Source of the DNA: Actinomycetota bacterium
GTDB lineage: Bacteria > Actinomycetota > Acidimicrobiia > Spongiisociales > UBA4744
Length of the DNA: 64,000 nucleotides
Direction of reading: 5' to 3'
Assembly: GCA_013152275.1 (NCBI GenBank)
Contig: JAADGS010000027.1
Location: 124,001 to 188,000, forward strand
Positions 10,500 through 20,974 of this stretch are shown piece by piece. Every line of letters starts with the position of its first letter. The first letter of the stretch is position 1. The notes beneath the pieces are model-generated. The model made no database searches, was not told the DNA's origin, and worked only from the letters and a program-made list of their open reading frames with translations. Both the position numbers and the translations under genes were made by a program.

Positions 10500-11257
10500 T
10501 CACGTCCGTTTACGGAGCTTCCAGGCTTCTTTGGCGGGCCGGCGCCGCGCCCATTCGACGGTGACGAAGTCGTACCACGTGCAAGCGTCCGGTGGCGGAC
10601 GCACTTCGATCAGATCCAGTATCTCGAGCCCCCGATCGCGAAAGATGCGGATCTGGTCGCCGTGGCTCAGGTGGAACTCGATTGCCGGGTTGCCCGGCCA
10701 CTCGAACCGGTGCATGCCGAAGAGGTTTCGCTTGAGCGTCGTGTCGGCGGGGATGCCGTCCTCGTCGGGGACGCACATCATGAGCAGAGTCGAGTTCCCG
10801 AAGATGATCAGCTCACCTCCCGGTTTCAGGACTCTGGCTGCTTCGGGAATCCACCGGTACGGATCGGACCAGATGGTCGCTCCGTATTCGGAGATCACCA
10901 GATCGAAGTGCTCGTCGCGAAACGGGAGTGCCTCTGCGATGCCATGGATCAACGGAAAGACGAGGCCGTGCTCGTGCTGCATGCGCCGCGCCGTTGCGAG
11001 TCGGGCCGGAGAGTTGTCGAGTCCGACGACCCGCGCGCCGCGACGAGAAAGCCAAGCGGAGACGTACGCAATTCCGTAACCATCGTCGGGCACGTCCTTG
11101 CTGTCGATGTCGGGGAGGAGTCCGAGTTCGGTCTCGGCCATGCCCCAGACCCCCACGACGGTTCGCTCGCCCAGTTGCGTTCCCCGGCTGCGACCTAGTC
11201 GCCGGCGGAGTCGTTCCACGCGGTCCGGTCGTACTGGATGTAGCCGGGCAGGTCCAT
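10500..11257 (-). pseudogene. Class I SAM-dependent methyltransferase, disrupted
   Basis: From ATG 11257: MDLPGYIQYDRTAWNDSAGD*(TAG 11195-11197)VAAGERNWASEPSWG. A frameshift in a G5 run (~11150-11154) then leads to VWGMAETELG...ISEYGATIWSDPYRWIPEAARVLKPGG. The SAM motif reads DDGYG. Confidence 0.75.
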
Positions 11258-11322
11258 CGGCGCTCACCCAATCCGACGTGTTCCACCACGCTATGATTTG
11301 GTGATCGACGAAAGGAAATTCC

Positions 11323-11517
11323 TTGGCAATCCCATGGGCGGCCCTGGCTCCGGTGATGGCGCTTGCCCTCGCCTTCGTCGTCTACTGCTGGATCGACATC
11401 GCCCGATCGCGCGTCCGGTACCTCCCCAAGTGGCTGTGGGCGGTCATCTGCATCATCTCCGTGCCGGCCGGAGGCATCATCTATCTGCTGATCGGCCGGG
11501 AAGAGGGAAGTCCGTGA
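11323..11517 (+). CDS. Small PLDc_N-like two-TM membrane protein
   Basis: CWIDIARS...LPKWLWAVICIISVPAGGIIYLLIGR pattern. AAAGGA upstream; overlaps the ABC start. Confidence 0.75.
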   Translation: MAIPWAALAPVMALALAFVVYCWIDIARSRVRYLPKWLWAVICIISVPAGGIIYLLIGREEGSP

Positions 11518-12395
11518 TCGTCCGGACCTCCGGCCTTGTCAAGGAGTACGGTTCCACGACCGCCTTGGCGGGGGTCGATCTCGAGGTGAGTGAGGGCTCG
11601 GTGTACGGGCTGGTCGGATCGAACGGCGCGGGCAAGACGACGCTGCTCGCGATCCTCTCCGGGCTACGGCGCCCGACCGGCGGCTCGGTGCACCTTGGTG
11701 TTTCCTCTGCCGAGATGGCCGTGCTCCCGGACACCCCCCATTTCGACAAGTGGCTGACCGGTCGAGAAGTCGTCGACCTCGCTCGGAACCTGTCGGAGCG
11801 TTCGATCACCGAGTCACGCGTGGGAGAGGTCCTGGAGCTGACCGGAATCATCGACGCGGCGGAGCAGAAAGTCGGCGGATACTCACGGGGCATGCTCCAA
11901 CGCCTCGGGCTTGCCGCAACCGTCGTGGCCGAACCGAAGCTGCTGCTTCTCGATGAGCCGTCGGCCGCACTCGATCCGGCCGGCCGTCGAGAGGTGCTGG
12001 ATCTCGTTACGAAGATTCGTGGAGAGGCGACCGTTGTGTTCTCGAGTCACATCCTCTCCGACGTGCAAGAGGTCTGTGACACGGTGGGAGTCCTGGACCA
12101 TGGCCGCCTTCGGTTCCAGGGGCCGATCGGTGAGCTGCTGAGCGGCCGGGCGGCACCCGCGTACCGGGTGCGTCTTCGGCCTCCGGCCGTGCCTGCGGTC
12201 GCCGCTCTCCAAGAGCAGCCCTGGGTGCAGGAGGTCGCCGTGCTCGGTGATGGCGATCTGCGTGTGTCGGTGACCTCGCTCGAGGATGCGGAGCGATACC
12301 TGCCTGGCGTGCTCGCCGGCGTGGAGGCGCGTGTCGTGTCGATCGCTCCCGAGGCCGCCACACTCGAAGAAGTGTTTCTGGAGCTGACTCGATGA
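11514..12395 (+). CDS. ABC transporter ATP-binding protein
   Basis: GSNGAGKTT, YSRGMLQR, LLLDEP; GTGA overlap start. Confidence 0.92.
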   Translation: MIVRTSGLVKEYGSTTALAGVDLEVSEGSVYGLVGSNGAGKTTLLAILSGLRRPTGGSVHLGVSSAEMAVLPDTPHFDKWLTGREVVDLARNLSERSITESRVGEVLELTGIIDAAEQKVGGYSRGMLQRLGLAATVVAEPKLLLLDEPSAALDPAGRREVLDLVTKIRGEATVVFSSHILSDVQEVCDTVGVLDHGRLRFQGPIGELLSGRAAPAYRVRLRPPAVPAVAALQEQPWVQEVAVLGDGDLRVSVTSLEDAERYLPGVLAGVEARVVSIAPEAATLEEVFLELTR

Positions 12396-13141
12396 ACCTC
12401 TGGCGGCTGGAATGGCTTCGACTGTGGCGCACCAAGCGGTGGATCGCCCTGGTGGGTGTGTACCTCTTCTTCGGGTTTCTCGGCCCCCTCAGCGCTCGCT
12501 ACCTCAACGAGATCCTGGCCCGGACCGCGCAGCTCCAGGGAGGTGCGGTCATCAAACTGCCGCCTCCGACTCCTGCCGATGGGATCGCCCAGTACGTCGG
12601 GAACATCGCGCAGTTGGGCATACTGGTCGTCGTGGTAGTTGCTGCCGGCGCGTTTGCGATGAAACCGGAGATGGCAACGTTCCTGCGCACGCGAGTCCAG
12701 AGCATGGTCCGGCTCCTCCTCCCACGCTATGTCGTCAGCGTGACCGCGGCCACCGGAGCGTTCCTGCTGGGGACCGGCGCAGCGTGGTATGAGACGAGCG
12801 TGCTCCTCGGCGGTCTCCCCGTGGGGAGGATGTTTGCCGGCATCGGGTACGGGGTCCTGGCGCTCCTGTTCGTCGTGTCTGTGGTCGCCGCCGCGTCCTC
12901 TCGGTCGAAGAACACGCTTGGGACGGTCCTGATCTCCATCGTCGCTCTGTTGCTACTCCCGCTGATCGGCCTGATTCACGGTGTGGCCAAGTGGGTTCCC
13001 ACTTCGCTGATCACTGCGATGAGTGATCTCGCCCGGGATGCCTCCATAGGCGACTTCGCGAAGACGGCGATCGTGACGGTGATCGTCACCGCGGGGCTCT
13101 TGTGGTTCGCGGTGTGGGGGCATGCACGCCGCGAGGTGTGA
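12392..13141 (+). CDS. ABC-2 type transporter permease
   Basis: About six hydrophobic helices, translationally coupled to the ATPase. Confidence 0.85.
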   Translation: MNLWRLEWLRLWRTKRWIALVGVYLFFGFLGPLSARYLNEILARTAQLQGGAVIKLPPPTPADGIAQYVGNIAQLGILVVVVVAAGAFAMKPEMATFLRTRVQSMVRLLLPRYVVSVTAATGAFLLGTGAAWYETSVLLGGLPVGRMFAGIGYGVLALLFVVSVVAAASSRSKNTLGTVLISIVALLLLPLIGLIHGVAKWVPTSLITAMSDLARDASIGDFAKTAIVTVIVTAGLLWFAVWGHARREV

Positions 13142-13213
13142 CGGCCGGGTCGCAAGTGTTGGCACTCCGTGGCAGCTCCTCCGCCACGAACCGGAGGAGG
13201 CGGCTGTCTTTCG

Positions 13214-14410
13214 TCAGCCCGTTCGCAGCGCCTCGGTCGGTGACATCCTCGCGGCACGCATGGCCGGGTACAGGCCGGCGATCGCTCCGATGACCAGAGC
13301 GGCGCCCAGCCCGCCGACCCACGAGATCGTCGGGATCAACGTCGTCCATCCTTTCAGCTGCGAGTAGGCGGCCGTGACCGCGGCTCCGAGGGCCACTCCG
13401 CCCAGTCCGCCGACCGTCGAGAGCAGGAACGACTCTCCGAGGAATTGGAGTGCCACGTGCCGTCGCGTTGCGCCGAGAGCTCTTCGAAGTCCGATCTCGG
13501 AGCGACGCTCGAGCACCGAGATCACCATGACGTTCGCGATGCCGACACCTCCGACGAGGAGCGCGATGGCGCCGAGCCCGAGAAAGAGAGCGGTGAGCGC
13601 GTCGTCTGCCGCTTCGCGTGCTTCGAGAGCATCGGTCGGTCGGGAGACTTCCACTTCCTCAGGGTTCTCCGGGTTGGTCGTCGCGGCGAGCACACCCATG
13701 ACCGCGTCGACCTGATCGGGAGTGGTCCTCACATACAGGGTGCTCGGGACACCGTCGGCGTCGAGGTAGGTTTTCGCGGCCTGGATCGGCACGATCGCGG
13801 CACGATCGAGATCGGGGCTCAGATCGAGCGGGTCGAGGATTCCCCGTACGGCGAACCATTGATCCCCCAGCCATATCTTCGGTGCGGCATCCAGGCTGGA
13901 GATCCCGAGCCGTTCTGCCGCGACCGCACCAAGTACGACGGTCGGATAGGAACCTTGCTCGTCGAGGAACGTGCCGTCGGCAACGGTGCCTTGGAGCGTG
14001 TCGAGAAGGTTCGGGTCCACCGCCCTGACGGTGATCCCGCCGCTCTGTGTCGAGGGCACGTAGTCGGTGCGATAGACCTTCGCGCCGACGTTGCTGACCG
14101 AGGAGACGGCCCGCACGGGTCCGATCCGCTCGATCATGGACACGGCCGTGTCCGGAAGCTCCCCTCTGCCGATGCCGATTCCCTGGCCGGCTTCCACGGT
14201 GAGGAGGTTCGTTCCGAGCCGATCGAGTTTGGCCAGCAGATCCGACTTGCTCGACTCGGAGAGTCCGAGCACGCCCACGATCGCTGCGATGCCGATCATG
14301 ATGCCGAGCATCGACAGGGCAGCACGCAGCTTGCGTGTGCGAAGACCCACCGTGGCCGTGCGGAACACGTCACCGATGTGCAGCTTGGACGGAGTCAGAC
14401 CGTCCGGCAT
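13214..14410 (-). CDS. MacB/FtsX-like ABC permease
   Basis: VGGVGIANVMVISVLERRSEIGLRRALGA and YPAMRAARMSPTEALR motifs. Confidence 0.93.
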   Translation of the reverse strand: MPDGLTPSKLHIGDVFRTATVGLRTRKLRAALSMLGIMIGIAAIVGVLGLSESSKSDLLAKLDRLGTNLLTVEAGQGIGIGRGELPDTAVSMIERIGPVRAVSSVSNVGAKVYRTDYVPSTQSGGITVRAVDPNLLDTLQGTVADGTFLDEQGSYPTVVLGAVAAERLGISSLDAAPKIWLGDQWFAVRGILDPLDLSPDLDRAAIVPIQAAKTYLDADGVPSTLYVRTTPDQVDAVMGVLAATTNPENPEEVEVSRPTDALEAREAADDALTALFLGLGAIALLVGGVGIANVMVISVLERRSEIGLRRALGATRRHVALQFLGESFLLSTVGGLGGVALGAAVTAAYSQLKGWTTLIPTISWVGGLGAALVIGAIAGLYPAMRAARMSPTEALRTG

Positions 14411-15114
14411 CAGGCCGCAACCCCGGTGTCATAGTCGATGATGCCGTCCCTGATACCTACGCGGCGGGGCATCTGGTCGGCGATCTCGCGGTTGTGGGTG
14501 ATCACGACGATCGTCACCCCGTCGGTATTGAGATCTTCGAGGAGTTCTACGATCGCGTCACTCGAACGCGTGTCGAGGTTTCCGGTCGGCTCGTCGGCGA
14601 GGACGATGGCCGGATTCCCCACGATGGCCCTGGCGACGGCGACCCGCTGCCGTTCGCCACCGGACAGCTTGTTCGATACCTGATCGAGGCGGTGTCCGAG
14701 CCCGACACGCTCCAGCGCCGCGGCGGCCATCTCGCGGCGCTTCCTGGCCGGGATTCCCGTGTAGAGAAGGCCGTCCGCAACGTTGTCGAGTGCCGTGTAG
14801 TCACTGAGCAGGAAGAACCGCTGGAAGACGAAGCCGATGTGACGCGAACGCAACGCAGACATCTGCTTGTCCGACAGAGAGGCGATGTCGTAGCCGGCGA
14901 CATGGATCCGGCCGGACGAAGGGCGGTCGAGGGTCCCCATGATGTGGAGCAGCGTCGATTTCCCCGATCCGGATGGTCCGACGACGGAGACGAGCTCGCC
15001 GGAGCGGATCTGCAGATCGATGCCGCGAAGTGCCCGCACCGGCGGCGTGCCGGCATAGGTCTTGATCACATTGGAGAGCGACAAGACGGTCGAGAGGTCG
15101 GTGGGCTCCGTCAC
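14410..15114 (-). CDS. ABC ATP-binding protein (LolD/MacB-like)
   Basis: GPSGSGKST, LSGGERQRVAVARA, LADEPTGNLD. Confidence 0.95.
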   Translation of the reverse strand: MTEPTDLSTVLSLSNVIKTYAGTPPVRALRGIDLQIRSGELVSVVGPSGSGKSTLLHIMGTLDRPSSGRIHVAGYDIASLSDKQMSALRSRHIGFVFQRFFLLSDYTALDNVADGLLYTGIPARKRREMAAAALERVGLGHRLDQVSNKLSGGERQRVAVARAIVGNPAIVLADEPTGNLDTRSSDAIVELLEDLNTDGVTIVVITHNREIADQMPRRVGIRDGIIDYDTGVAA

Positions 15115-16154
15115 GGAACCACGACCCGGTCGCCTGCGGCCACCTCGCCGGACGTGATCTCGACGAGCCCGTCGGCGTACATGCCCGGTTCGACGGCCAC
15201 GAGATGGGTCGAGTCGCCGTCGCCGATCTCTACGGCGTAGCCCCCTTCCGAGAGTGCCAGCAGTGCGGTGACGGGTACGGCCAGCACGTCGTATGCCGCG
15301 TCGGTGACGATGCCGACGTCTACCGTCGAGTTCCCGAAGCTCGCTGCGGCCTTCGGATCGTCGAGGGAGATCGTCACCGAGGTCGATGTCGCTCCTCCCT
15401 GGCCGACGCTCGTATCGAGCGATGTCACGGTTCCACCCATGTCGGTGTCGTCGGGAAGTGTCACCGTGACACGGTCATCCACTTCGAACAGTCCTTCATC
15501 GGAAGGGTCCAGGGTCACGGTGACCACCGAGTCGCTGGAAGACGTGGACAGCACAGGTGTTCCGTCGCGGACGCCCGAACCCAGTTGAACGAGTGTGTCG
15601 GCCACTCGCACCGGTCCCGTGAGGAACACGACTTCGCCGAGATCGACGATCCCATCGACGGGTGCGCCGATGTCCTCTTGCCAATCCTTGACCATCGTTC
15701 GGGTGTACGACGTGAACTCCTCGTCCACGGTCACCTTGCCGTCGGGGTCATAGCCGAGAGCCACGAGCGCTTTCTCCAGCTGCCTCACGTCGGCGCCCTC
15801 GGTGCCCTTGCGCAGCGGACGCCACGCCGGCAGGTCTCCGTAGAGGAGGGTGACCGGCTGGTCGTTGATGACGAAGAGCGTGTCTCCCTGCTCGAGCGTG
15901 GAATCATCGTCGACGGAGGAGACGAGGGTTCCGTTGAGACGATTCAGAATCGGGTCGGTGGAGGTGTAGCCGAGGGTTCCGCTCACCGTCTCGGTCTGTT
16001 CGAGGTCGGTGACCGTTGCTTCCGCAAATCGGAGGGCTCTGACGGTCGTGGCCGTCGCGTTCTCTGTTCCGCCCCTGAGCGAATACCAGACGCCGGCTCC
16101 TCCGGCGACCAGAATCACGATGATGGCGGCGATCCAGCGTCCCGCTCGCCCCAT
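15111..16154 (-). CDS. Membrane-fusion/adaptor-like protein with peptidoglycan-binding domain
   Basis: Start at 16154 (MGRAGRWIAAII), N-terminal TM, GADVRQLEKALVALGY PG-binding segment, VLAVPVTAL...GDRVVVP adaptor C-terminus. Confidence 0.85.
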   Translation of the reverse strand: MGRAGRWIAAIIVILVAGGAGVWYSLRGGTENATATTVRALRFAEATVTDLEQTETVSGTLGYTSTDPILNRLNGTLVSSVDDDSTLEQGDTLFVINDQPVTLLYGDLPAWRPLRKGTEGADVRQLEKALVALGYDPDGKVTVDEEFTSYTRTMVKDWQEDIGAPVDGIVDLGEVVFLTGPVRVADTLVQLGSGVRDGTPVLSTSSSDSVVTVTLDPSDEGLFEVDDRVTVTLPDDTDMGGTVTSLDTSVGQGGATSTSVTISLDDPKAAASFGNSTVDVGIVTDAAYDVLAVPVTALLALSEGGYAVEIGDGDSTHLVAVEPGMYADGLVEITSGEVAAGDRVVVP

Positions 16155-16762
16155 CAGCCGCCTCCTCCTCCCGGTCCGACGGCACCCCGGGTTCCTCCGA
16201 GGAAGCCGGGAAGGTTCGTGAAGATGCTCTGGCAGGCGTCGTTGGCTTTGATGAAGGCCGGATCGCTCGGGTCGATATCGGCGAAGGGTCCGCGAGGCGG
16301 GCCGTCCCCGGATCCGGGTGAACCGACGTTGGAGAAGTCGGGGTCTGGCATGTCGTAGCCGTTCTCGCGCATGCAGGCCGCATACGTGACGAACGTGTCT
16401 TCGAGCTGTGTCCGATCCTGCTGCCGGAACCCGATGGCGACCCGTTCGAGAATCGGACCGCACGCATCCCGTGCCTTCTGGAAGAGTTCCCGATCATTCG
16501 GGTCGAAGTTGGTGGGACGGGAGAGCCGCAGGTTGCCGTTTGCGTCTACGACCGGATCCTCGATCTCGATCCCCTGTTCACGAAGGCACGCCGTGAAGTC
16601 GAGCATCGCCTGCTCGAAGTCGACCTCGGTCGTCGTCGTGGTGCTGCTTTGGGGCGTGGTGTCTTCGAGCGATGCCACCGCATCACTGCTCGTGCTTCCT
16701 CCACCGCATGCTGCCGCGACCAGGCCGAAGGCAGCCACGAGTGTGATGAGTCTGATGCTCAT
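16154..16762 (-). CDS. Hypothetical lipoprotein with duplicated 'ACxRExG..xPDP' repeat
   Basis: Lipobox AAAC. FTACLREQGIEIEDP and YAACMRENGYDMPDP repeats. First gene of the ABC operon. Confidence 0.8.
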   Translation of the reverse strand: MSIRLITLVAAFGLVAAACGGGSTSSDAVASLEDTTPQSSTTTTTEVDFEQAMLDFTACLREQGIEIEDPVVDANGNLRLSRPTNFDPNDRELFQKARDACGPILERVAIGFRQQDRTQLEDTFVTYAACMRENGYDMPDPDFSNVGSPGSGDGPPRGPFADIDPSDPAFIKANDACQSIFTNLPGFLGGTRGAVGPGGGGG

Positions 16763-16807
16763 GGGCTTCCTCTCAGGAGTATCCAGAGTGACGATCGCGC
16801 ACCGGGC

Positions 16808-16846
16808 TTAACGGCACGTGAAGGGAGCATGAGAATGTGATGAGAA
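16808..16846 (-). promoter_or_regulatory. OmpR/MprA-type direct-repeat operator (11-bp period)
   Basis: Minus strand TTCTCA-N5-TTCTCA-N5-CCTTCA-N5-CGTTAA upstream of the lipoprotein/ABC operon. Confidence 0.6.
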
Positions 16847-17072
16847 AACCTGCGCCTGACACGGCGGCCTTTCTCACATTGCCTCCTGAGGAAGGCAGCG
16901 GAGTCGTGGCACCACATCATTGCCATGGCGCCTTCTGCCCCCCTGTCTTGCCTGTCCTCGAGCCTGGGTAGACGGCCATCGCACGGTCCGCCGTCCGGGA
17001 ACCGGATGAGTCGTAGCCCCTTCGACCGGCGAGGCGCCCCGAGTTCGACGGGCGGGCAGGTCCGGACGTGGA

Positions 17073-18776
17073 TCAGCGCATGTCCGCCTCGACCTCCTGC
17101 GGGAGGGGGAACCAGCGGATGGCTTCTGCGGAGGGTGACAGGCTGATCGGCTCACCATCGAACGGTGCGAGGGGCTGCCCGAGGATCCGACGCGCCGCAG
17201 ACAAGTAGGCCGGAAGGCGATCGAGGGGTTCGACCGGCCGACGTCGAGGGTAGGTCATCGCCGCTCCGTCGTAGGTGATGTCGGCGAGTGCCATCGGAGG
17301 CACGCGGGTCCCGGCTCGATGCCGCCACACTGCCGTCGCGGGGTCGACGCCGTACCGGCTCAGGATCCGCCATCCGTCGTTGGCGATGAGGTGCACTGCG
17401 TCGACGATGTAGGAGAACTCGTCCTCGCCGATGAAGTAGTTGAAGTTGACGCGAGCCCAACCGGGCTTGATGATCTCGCAGCCATCCTCGACCTCCTTCT
17501 CGAGACGTCGGCTCATCTCGTGGTCGATACCGAGGAGACGATGTCCGTACGGCCCGGCGCAGGAGCAACCGCCGCGTGCCTGAATGCCGAAGAGGTCGTT
17601 CAAGAGTGCAACGACGTAGTTGTGGTGGAGCCACCGGTCGATCCCGAAGCGTTCGGGAGCGCGCACCACGAACGACACGATCGAGAGCCGATCGGCGTCG
17701 GGGTTGCCGAGGATCCGGATGTTCGGATCGTCTCGCCAGGAACCGATCGCTCGACGGATGAACGCTGACTCGCGGCGCCGAATCTCGTCGGATCCGACCG
17801 CCTCCTTGAGTTGGAACACGAGTCCGGCTCTGATCGACTCGACGATCGCCGGCGTGCCGCCCTCCTCACGGTGCTCCTGATCGCGGAGGTAGTGGTGCTC
17901 GAACGAGCTCACGTAGCTGACCGTCCCTCCGCCCGGCACCGACGGAACCCGATTGTGGAGGAGATCGCGACGTACGGCGAGCACACCGGGAGTCTGCGGC
18001 CCACCGATGAACTTGTGCGGAGAGATGAACACGGCATCCTTGTAGTCGTCACCGTGCGTGTCCGGGGATCGGAGCTCGACCGCGACGTAGGGTGCCGCAG
18101 CCGCGAAATCCCAGAACGACAAGGCTCCGTGACGGTGCAGCATGGACGAGATCGCCGACGTGTCGGTGATGATGCCGGTGACGTTGGAGGCGGCGGAGAA
18201 ACTGCCGATTCGCAGAGGGCGGTTCTGGTACTCGACCAGCATCTCGTCGAGATGTCCGAGGTCGATGTGGCCGTCGTCGTCCTCGCGGATCTCGACAACG
18301 TCGGCGATCGATTCGAGCCAGGGGAGTTCGTTGGAATGATGCTCATACGGGCCGACGAAGACGACCGGCCTGTCCCTCGAGGGAATGTGGTCTTCGAGAT
18401 GGTGGCGCTCATCGAGCTCGGCCGGGATTCGGATGCCGAGGATGGTGATCAGCTTGTCGATCGCTCCGGTCGACCCCGACCCACAGAAGATGACTGCGTG
18501 CTCATCATCGTTTCCGCCGAGGCATCGTTTGATGATCGACCTGGCCTCTTCGCGGAACCGAGTTGTCTGGAGCCCCGTTCTGGACGTTTCGGTATGGGTG
18601 TTGGCATAGAGGGGCAAGACCACATCGTGGATGTAGTCCTCGATGAACGACAGCGGCTTCCCCGAGGCCGTGTAGTCGGCGTAGGTGATCCGCCGGGGGC
18701 CGAAGGGACCGTCGATCGCCGCATCGGCGCCGACCACGGAAGAGCGAATCAACTCGATGAGGTTTTCGGTTGCCAT
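17073..18776 (-). CDS. Aminotransferase class V, PLP-dependent (cysteine desulfurase-like)
   Basis: YADYTASG, YEHHSNEL, SAASNVTG, SPHKFIGG (PLP lysine), ARGGCSCAGPYG. Start 6 nt after TACCAT. Confidence 0.9.
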   Translation of the reverse strand: MATENLIELIRSSVVGADAAIDGPFGPRRITYADYTASGKPLSFIEDYIHDVVLPLYANTHTETSRTGLQTTRFREEARSIIKRCLGGNDDEHAVIFCGSGSTGAIDKLITILGIRIPAELDERHHLEDHIPSRDRPVVFVGPYEHHSNELPWLESIADVVEIREDDDGHIDLGHLDEMLVEYQNRPLRIGSFSAASNVTGIITDTSAISSMLHRHGALSFWDFAAAAPYVAVELRSPDTHGDDYKDAVFISPHKFIGGPQTPGVLAVRRDLLHNRVPSVPGGGTVSYVSSFEHHYLRDQEHREEGGTPAIVESIRAGLVFQLKEAVGSDEIRRRESAFIRRAIGSWRDDPNIRILGNPDADRLSIVSFVVRAPERFGIDRWLHHNYVVALLNDLFGIQARGGCSCAGPYGHRLLGIDHEMSRRLEKEVEDGCEIIKPGWARVNFNYFIGEDEFSYIVDAVHLIANDGWRILSRYGVDPATAVWRHRAGTRVPPMALADITYDGAAMTYPRRRPVEPLDRLPAYLSAARRILGQPLAPFDGEPISLSPSAEAIRWFPLPQEVEADMR

Positions 18777-18838
18777 GCCTCGATGGTAGAGGGATCTGTT
18801 GGATTGCATCGGGTCGCGGACCGGGTCATGTCGGTTCC

Positions 18839-18894
18839 TTCTCACCCGTTTCTCATCTTCCTCTCACCATCTTCCTAAGCCTCCCCGGTACAGT
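18839..18894 (+). promoter_or_regulatory. Putative autoregulatory MprA-type operator plus -10 box
   Basis: TTCTCA/TTCTCA/CTCTCA/TTCCTA at 18839, 18850, 18861, 18872. TACAGT at 18889-18894, ATG at 18903. Confidence 0.7.
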
Positions 18895-18902
18895 GGCTTT
18901 TC

Positions 18903-19586
18903 ATGAGTGGTTCCCGAATCCTGATCGCCGAAGACGATCGCGGCGTGCGCCAATCACTGGAGCGAGCTCTGCGCTTTGAGGGTTACGACGTGTCCGCCGT
19001 CAAGGATGGTGCCGAGGCACTGGAGGTGCTCATCGAGGATGTTCCCGACCTACTGTTGCTGGACGTGATGATGCCACACATCGACGGTCTCACCGTGTGC
19101 CGGCGGCTGCGGGCCACCGGTAACGCTGTCCCGGTGCTCATGCTGACGGCGCGTCATGAGGTCCGTGACCGTGTCGCCGGGCTCGACGCGGGTGCCGACG
19201 ATTATCTCGTCAAGCCGTTCGCGTTGGAGGAGCTGTTGGCGCGAATCCGTGCGCTCCTTCGGCGCAACGTCCCTGCCGAAGGAGCCGAAACGCTGACGGT
19301 CGGTGATCTGACTCTCGATCCCCGCACGCGCAAGGTCACGAGAGGGGATCGTGAGCTCAACCTCACGAAGACGGAGTTCGATCTCCTCGAGCTGCTCCTC
19401 ATGAACGCCGGTGTGGTCCTGACGAGAGAAGTGATCTACGAGCGGATTTGGGGGTACGACTTCGGAACGAGCTCGAACTCCCTGGATGTCTATATCGGCT
19501 ACCTACGACGAAAGATGGAGGAAGGCGGCGAGCCGAGGCTCATCAGCACCGTTCGCGGCGTCGGTTACGTGATACGGAAGCCATGA
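18903..19586 (+). CDS. mprA: OmpR-family response regulator, MprA-like
   Basis: [58 protein letters not shown]. Confidence 0.85.
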   Translation: MSGSRILIAEDDRGVRQSLERALRFEGYDVSAVKDGAEALEVLIEDVPDLLLLDVMMPHIDGLTVCRRLRATGNAVPVLMLTARHEVRDRVAGLDAGADDYLVKPFALEELLARIRALLRRNVPAEGAETLTVGDLTLDPRTRKVTRGDRELNLTKTEFDLLELLLMNAGVVLTREVIYERIWGYDFGTSSNSLDVYIGYLRRKMEEGGEPRLISTVRGVGYVIRKP

Positions 19587-20923
19587 AGCTGCGAGCAAGA
19601 CTCACGATGCTGGTCACCGGCGCAGTGGCACTTGCCGTGATTCTCGTTTCCGCTTCGGCGTTCTTTCTCGCTCGCGCCCAGATGCGTTCGGTGATCGACG
19701 AGTCGCTCCTGGACCGTATCGCGTTCGCCACGCGCGTCGAGAATGCCAGCGGGATGATGCGCCGGGTAGGTCCGCTGCTGCTCGCCGGCGCTGCCGGCGA
19801 TCTCTTTCGTTTGGATCAATACGTGCAGGTGGTCTTCGCCGACGGGTCGATCGAGACTCCTCTTGGCCAGGAGCTGATACTGCCGGTCACCAATCATGAC
19901 GTGGCGATCGCCGCAGGCGCCGAGCATGGGATCATTCGTGATGTCTTCGTCGACGGTCTGCATCTTCGGATGGTGACCGGCCCGGCCGGCAAGGGCCAGG
20001 CGGTCCAGTACGCCCGCCCGTTGACCGAAGTCGATCAGACACTCGCAAAACTCGCTTTGGTGCTCGGCCTCGTCGGGCTCGGTGGTATCGCGATCGCCGC
20101 CGCTCTCGGGATGATCGTCTCGCGCAGCAGCCTCGCGCCGGTGATGGCGCTCACGGCGACTGCAGAGCATGTCGCAGAAACACAGGACCTCGAGGCACGG
20201 ATCGACGTCGATCGCGACGACGAGATCGGGCGACTTGCAGCGTCCTTCAACACGATGCTGGAGGCATTGCAGACCTCGCGTGAGCAGCAGCGCAGGCTGG
20301 TTGCCGACGCATCACACGAACTGCGAACACCTCTCACGAGCCTGCGGACCAACATCGAGTTCCTTGCCCGGGCCGAGGGGATGGGTGACGACGACCGGAT
20401 GGCACTCATGGACGATGTGTCTTTCGAGATGCGCGAGTTGAGCAGCCTGGTCGGTGAAATGGTCGAGCTTGCGACCGATCCGAAGGCAGGCGACGAGCCG
20501 CTACAGGGTGTCGACCTCACCGAGACGGTCGACGAGGTTGTCGGACGGGCTCAGCGGAGAACCGGAAGGACGATCGAAGTGTCGGGTGATGCAGGGCAGA
20601 TCGAAGGGCGTCCGAACTCGCTTCAGCGCGCCGTGTCGAACCTGATCGACAACGCTCACAAGTGGAGCCCTCCGGAGGCGCCGATCACGATCACCCTCTC
20701 ACCGGGCAGGGTGGAGGTCGCCGATCGCGGGCCAGGGATTCCCACGGAGGACCTTGCCTACGTCTTCGATCGTTTCTATCGGGCGACCGAAGCGAGGTCC
20801 CTCCCCGGATCCGGGCTTGGGCTGTCGATCGTCAGGGAGATCGTCGAGAACCATGGCGGCACCGTGTTCGCGTTCAACCGGGACGGTGCGGTCGTCGGGT
20901 TCGAGATCCCGATTCTCACCTGA
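19583..20923 (+). CDS. mprB: HAMP sensor histidine kinase, MprB-like
   Basis: Two TMs, HAMP domain, [39 protein letters not shown]. Confidence 0.85.
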   Translation: MKLRARLTMLVTGAVALAVILVSASAFFLARAQMRSVIDESLLDRIAFATRVENASGMMRRVGPLLLAGAAGDLFRLDQYVQVVFADGSIETPLGQELILPVTNHDVAIAAGAEHGIIRDVFVDGLHLRMVTGPAGKGQAVQYARPLTEVDQTLAKLALVLGLVGLGGIAIAAALGMIVSRSSLAPVMALTATAEHVAETQDLEARIDVDRDDEIGRLAASFNTMLEALQTSREQQRRLVADASHELRTPLTSLRTNIEFLARAEGMGDDDRMALMDDVSFEMRELSSLVGEMVELATDPKAGDEPLQGVDLTETVDEVVGRAQRRTGRTIEVSGDAGQIEGRPNSLQRAVSNLIDNAHKWSPPEAPITITLSPGRVEVADRGPGIPTEDLAYVFDRFYRATEARSLPGSGLGLSIVREIVENHGGTVFAFNRDGAVVGFEIPILT

Positions 20924-20968
20924 TTCTCACGTTGCTCTCAGGCTCCTCTCATGGTGGGAGCGCATCCT
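20913..20968 (+). promoter_or_regulatory. Four-fold MprA-type repeat array plus -10-like box
   Basis: TTCTCA/TTCTCA/CTCTCA/CTCTCA at 20913, 20924, 20935, 20946. CATCCT at 20963 has the same spacing as the -10 of the mprA promoter. Confidence 0.65.
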
Positions 20969-20974
20969 TATGAA

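Noticed and set aside
11195..11197. In-frame TAG as pyrrolysine readthrough
   Set aside because: It comes with a frameshift and a degraded SAM motif, and no pyl genes are visible; a pseudogene is simpler.
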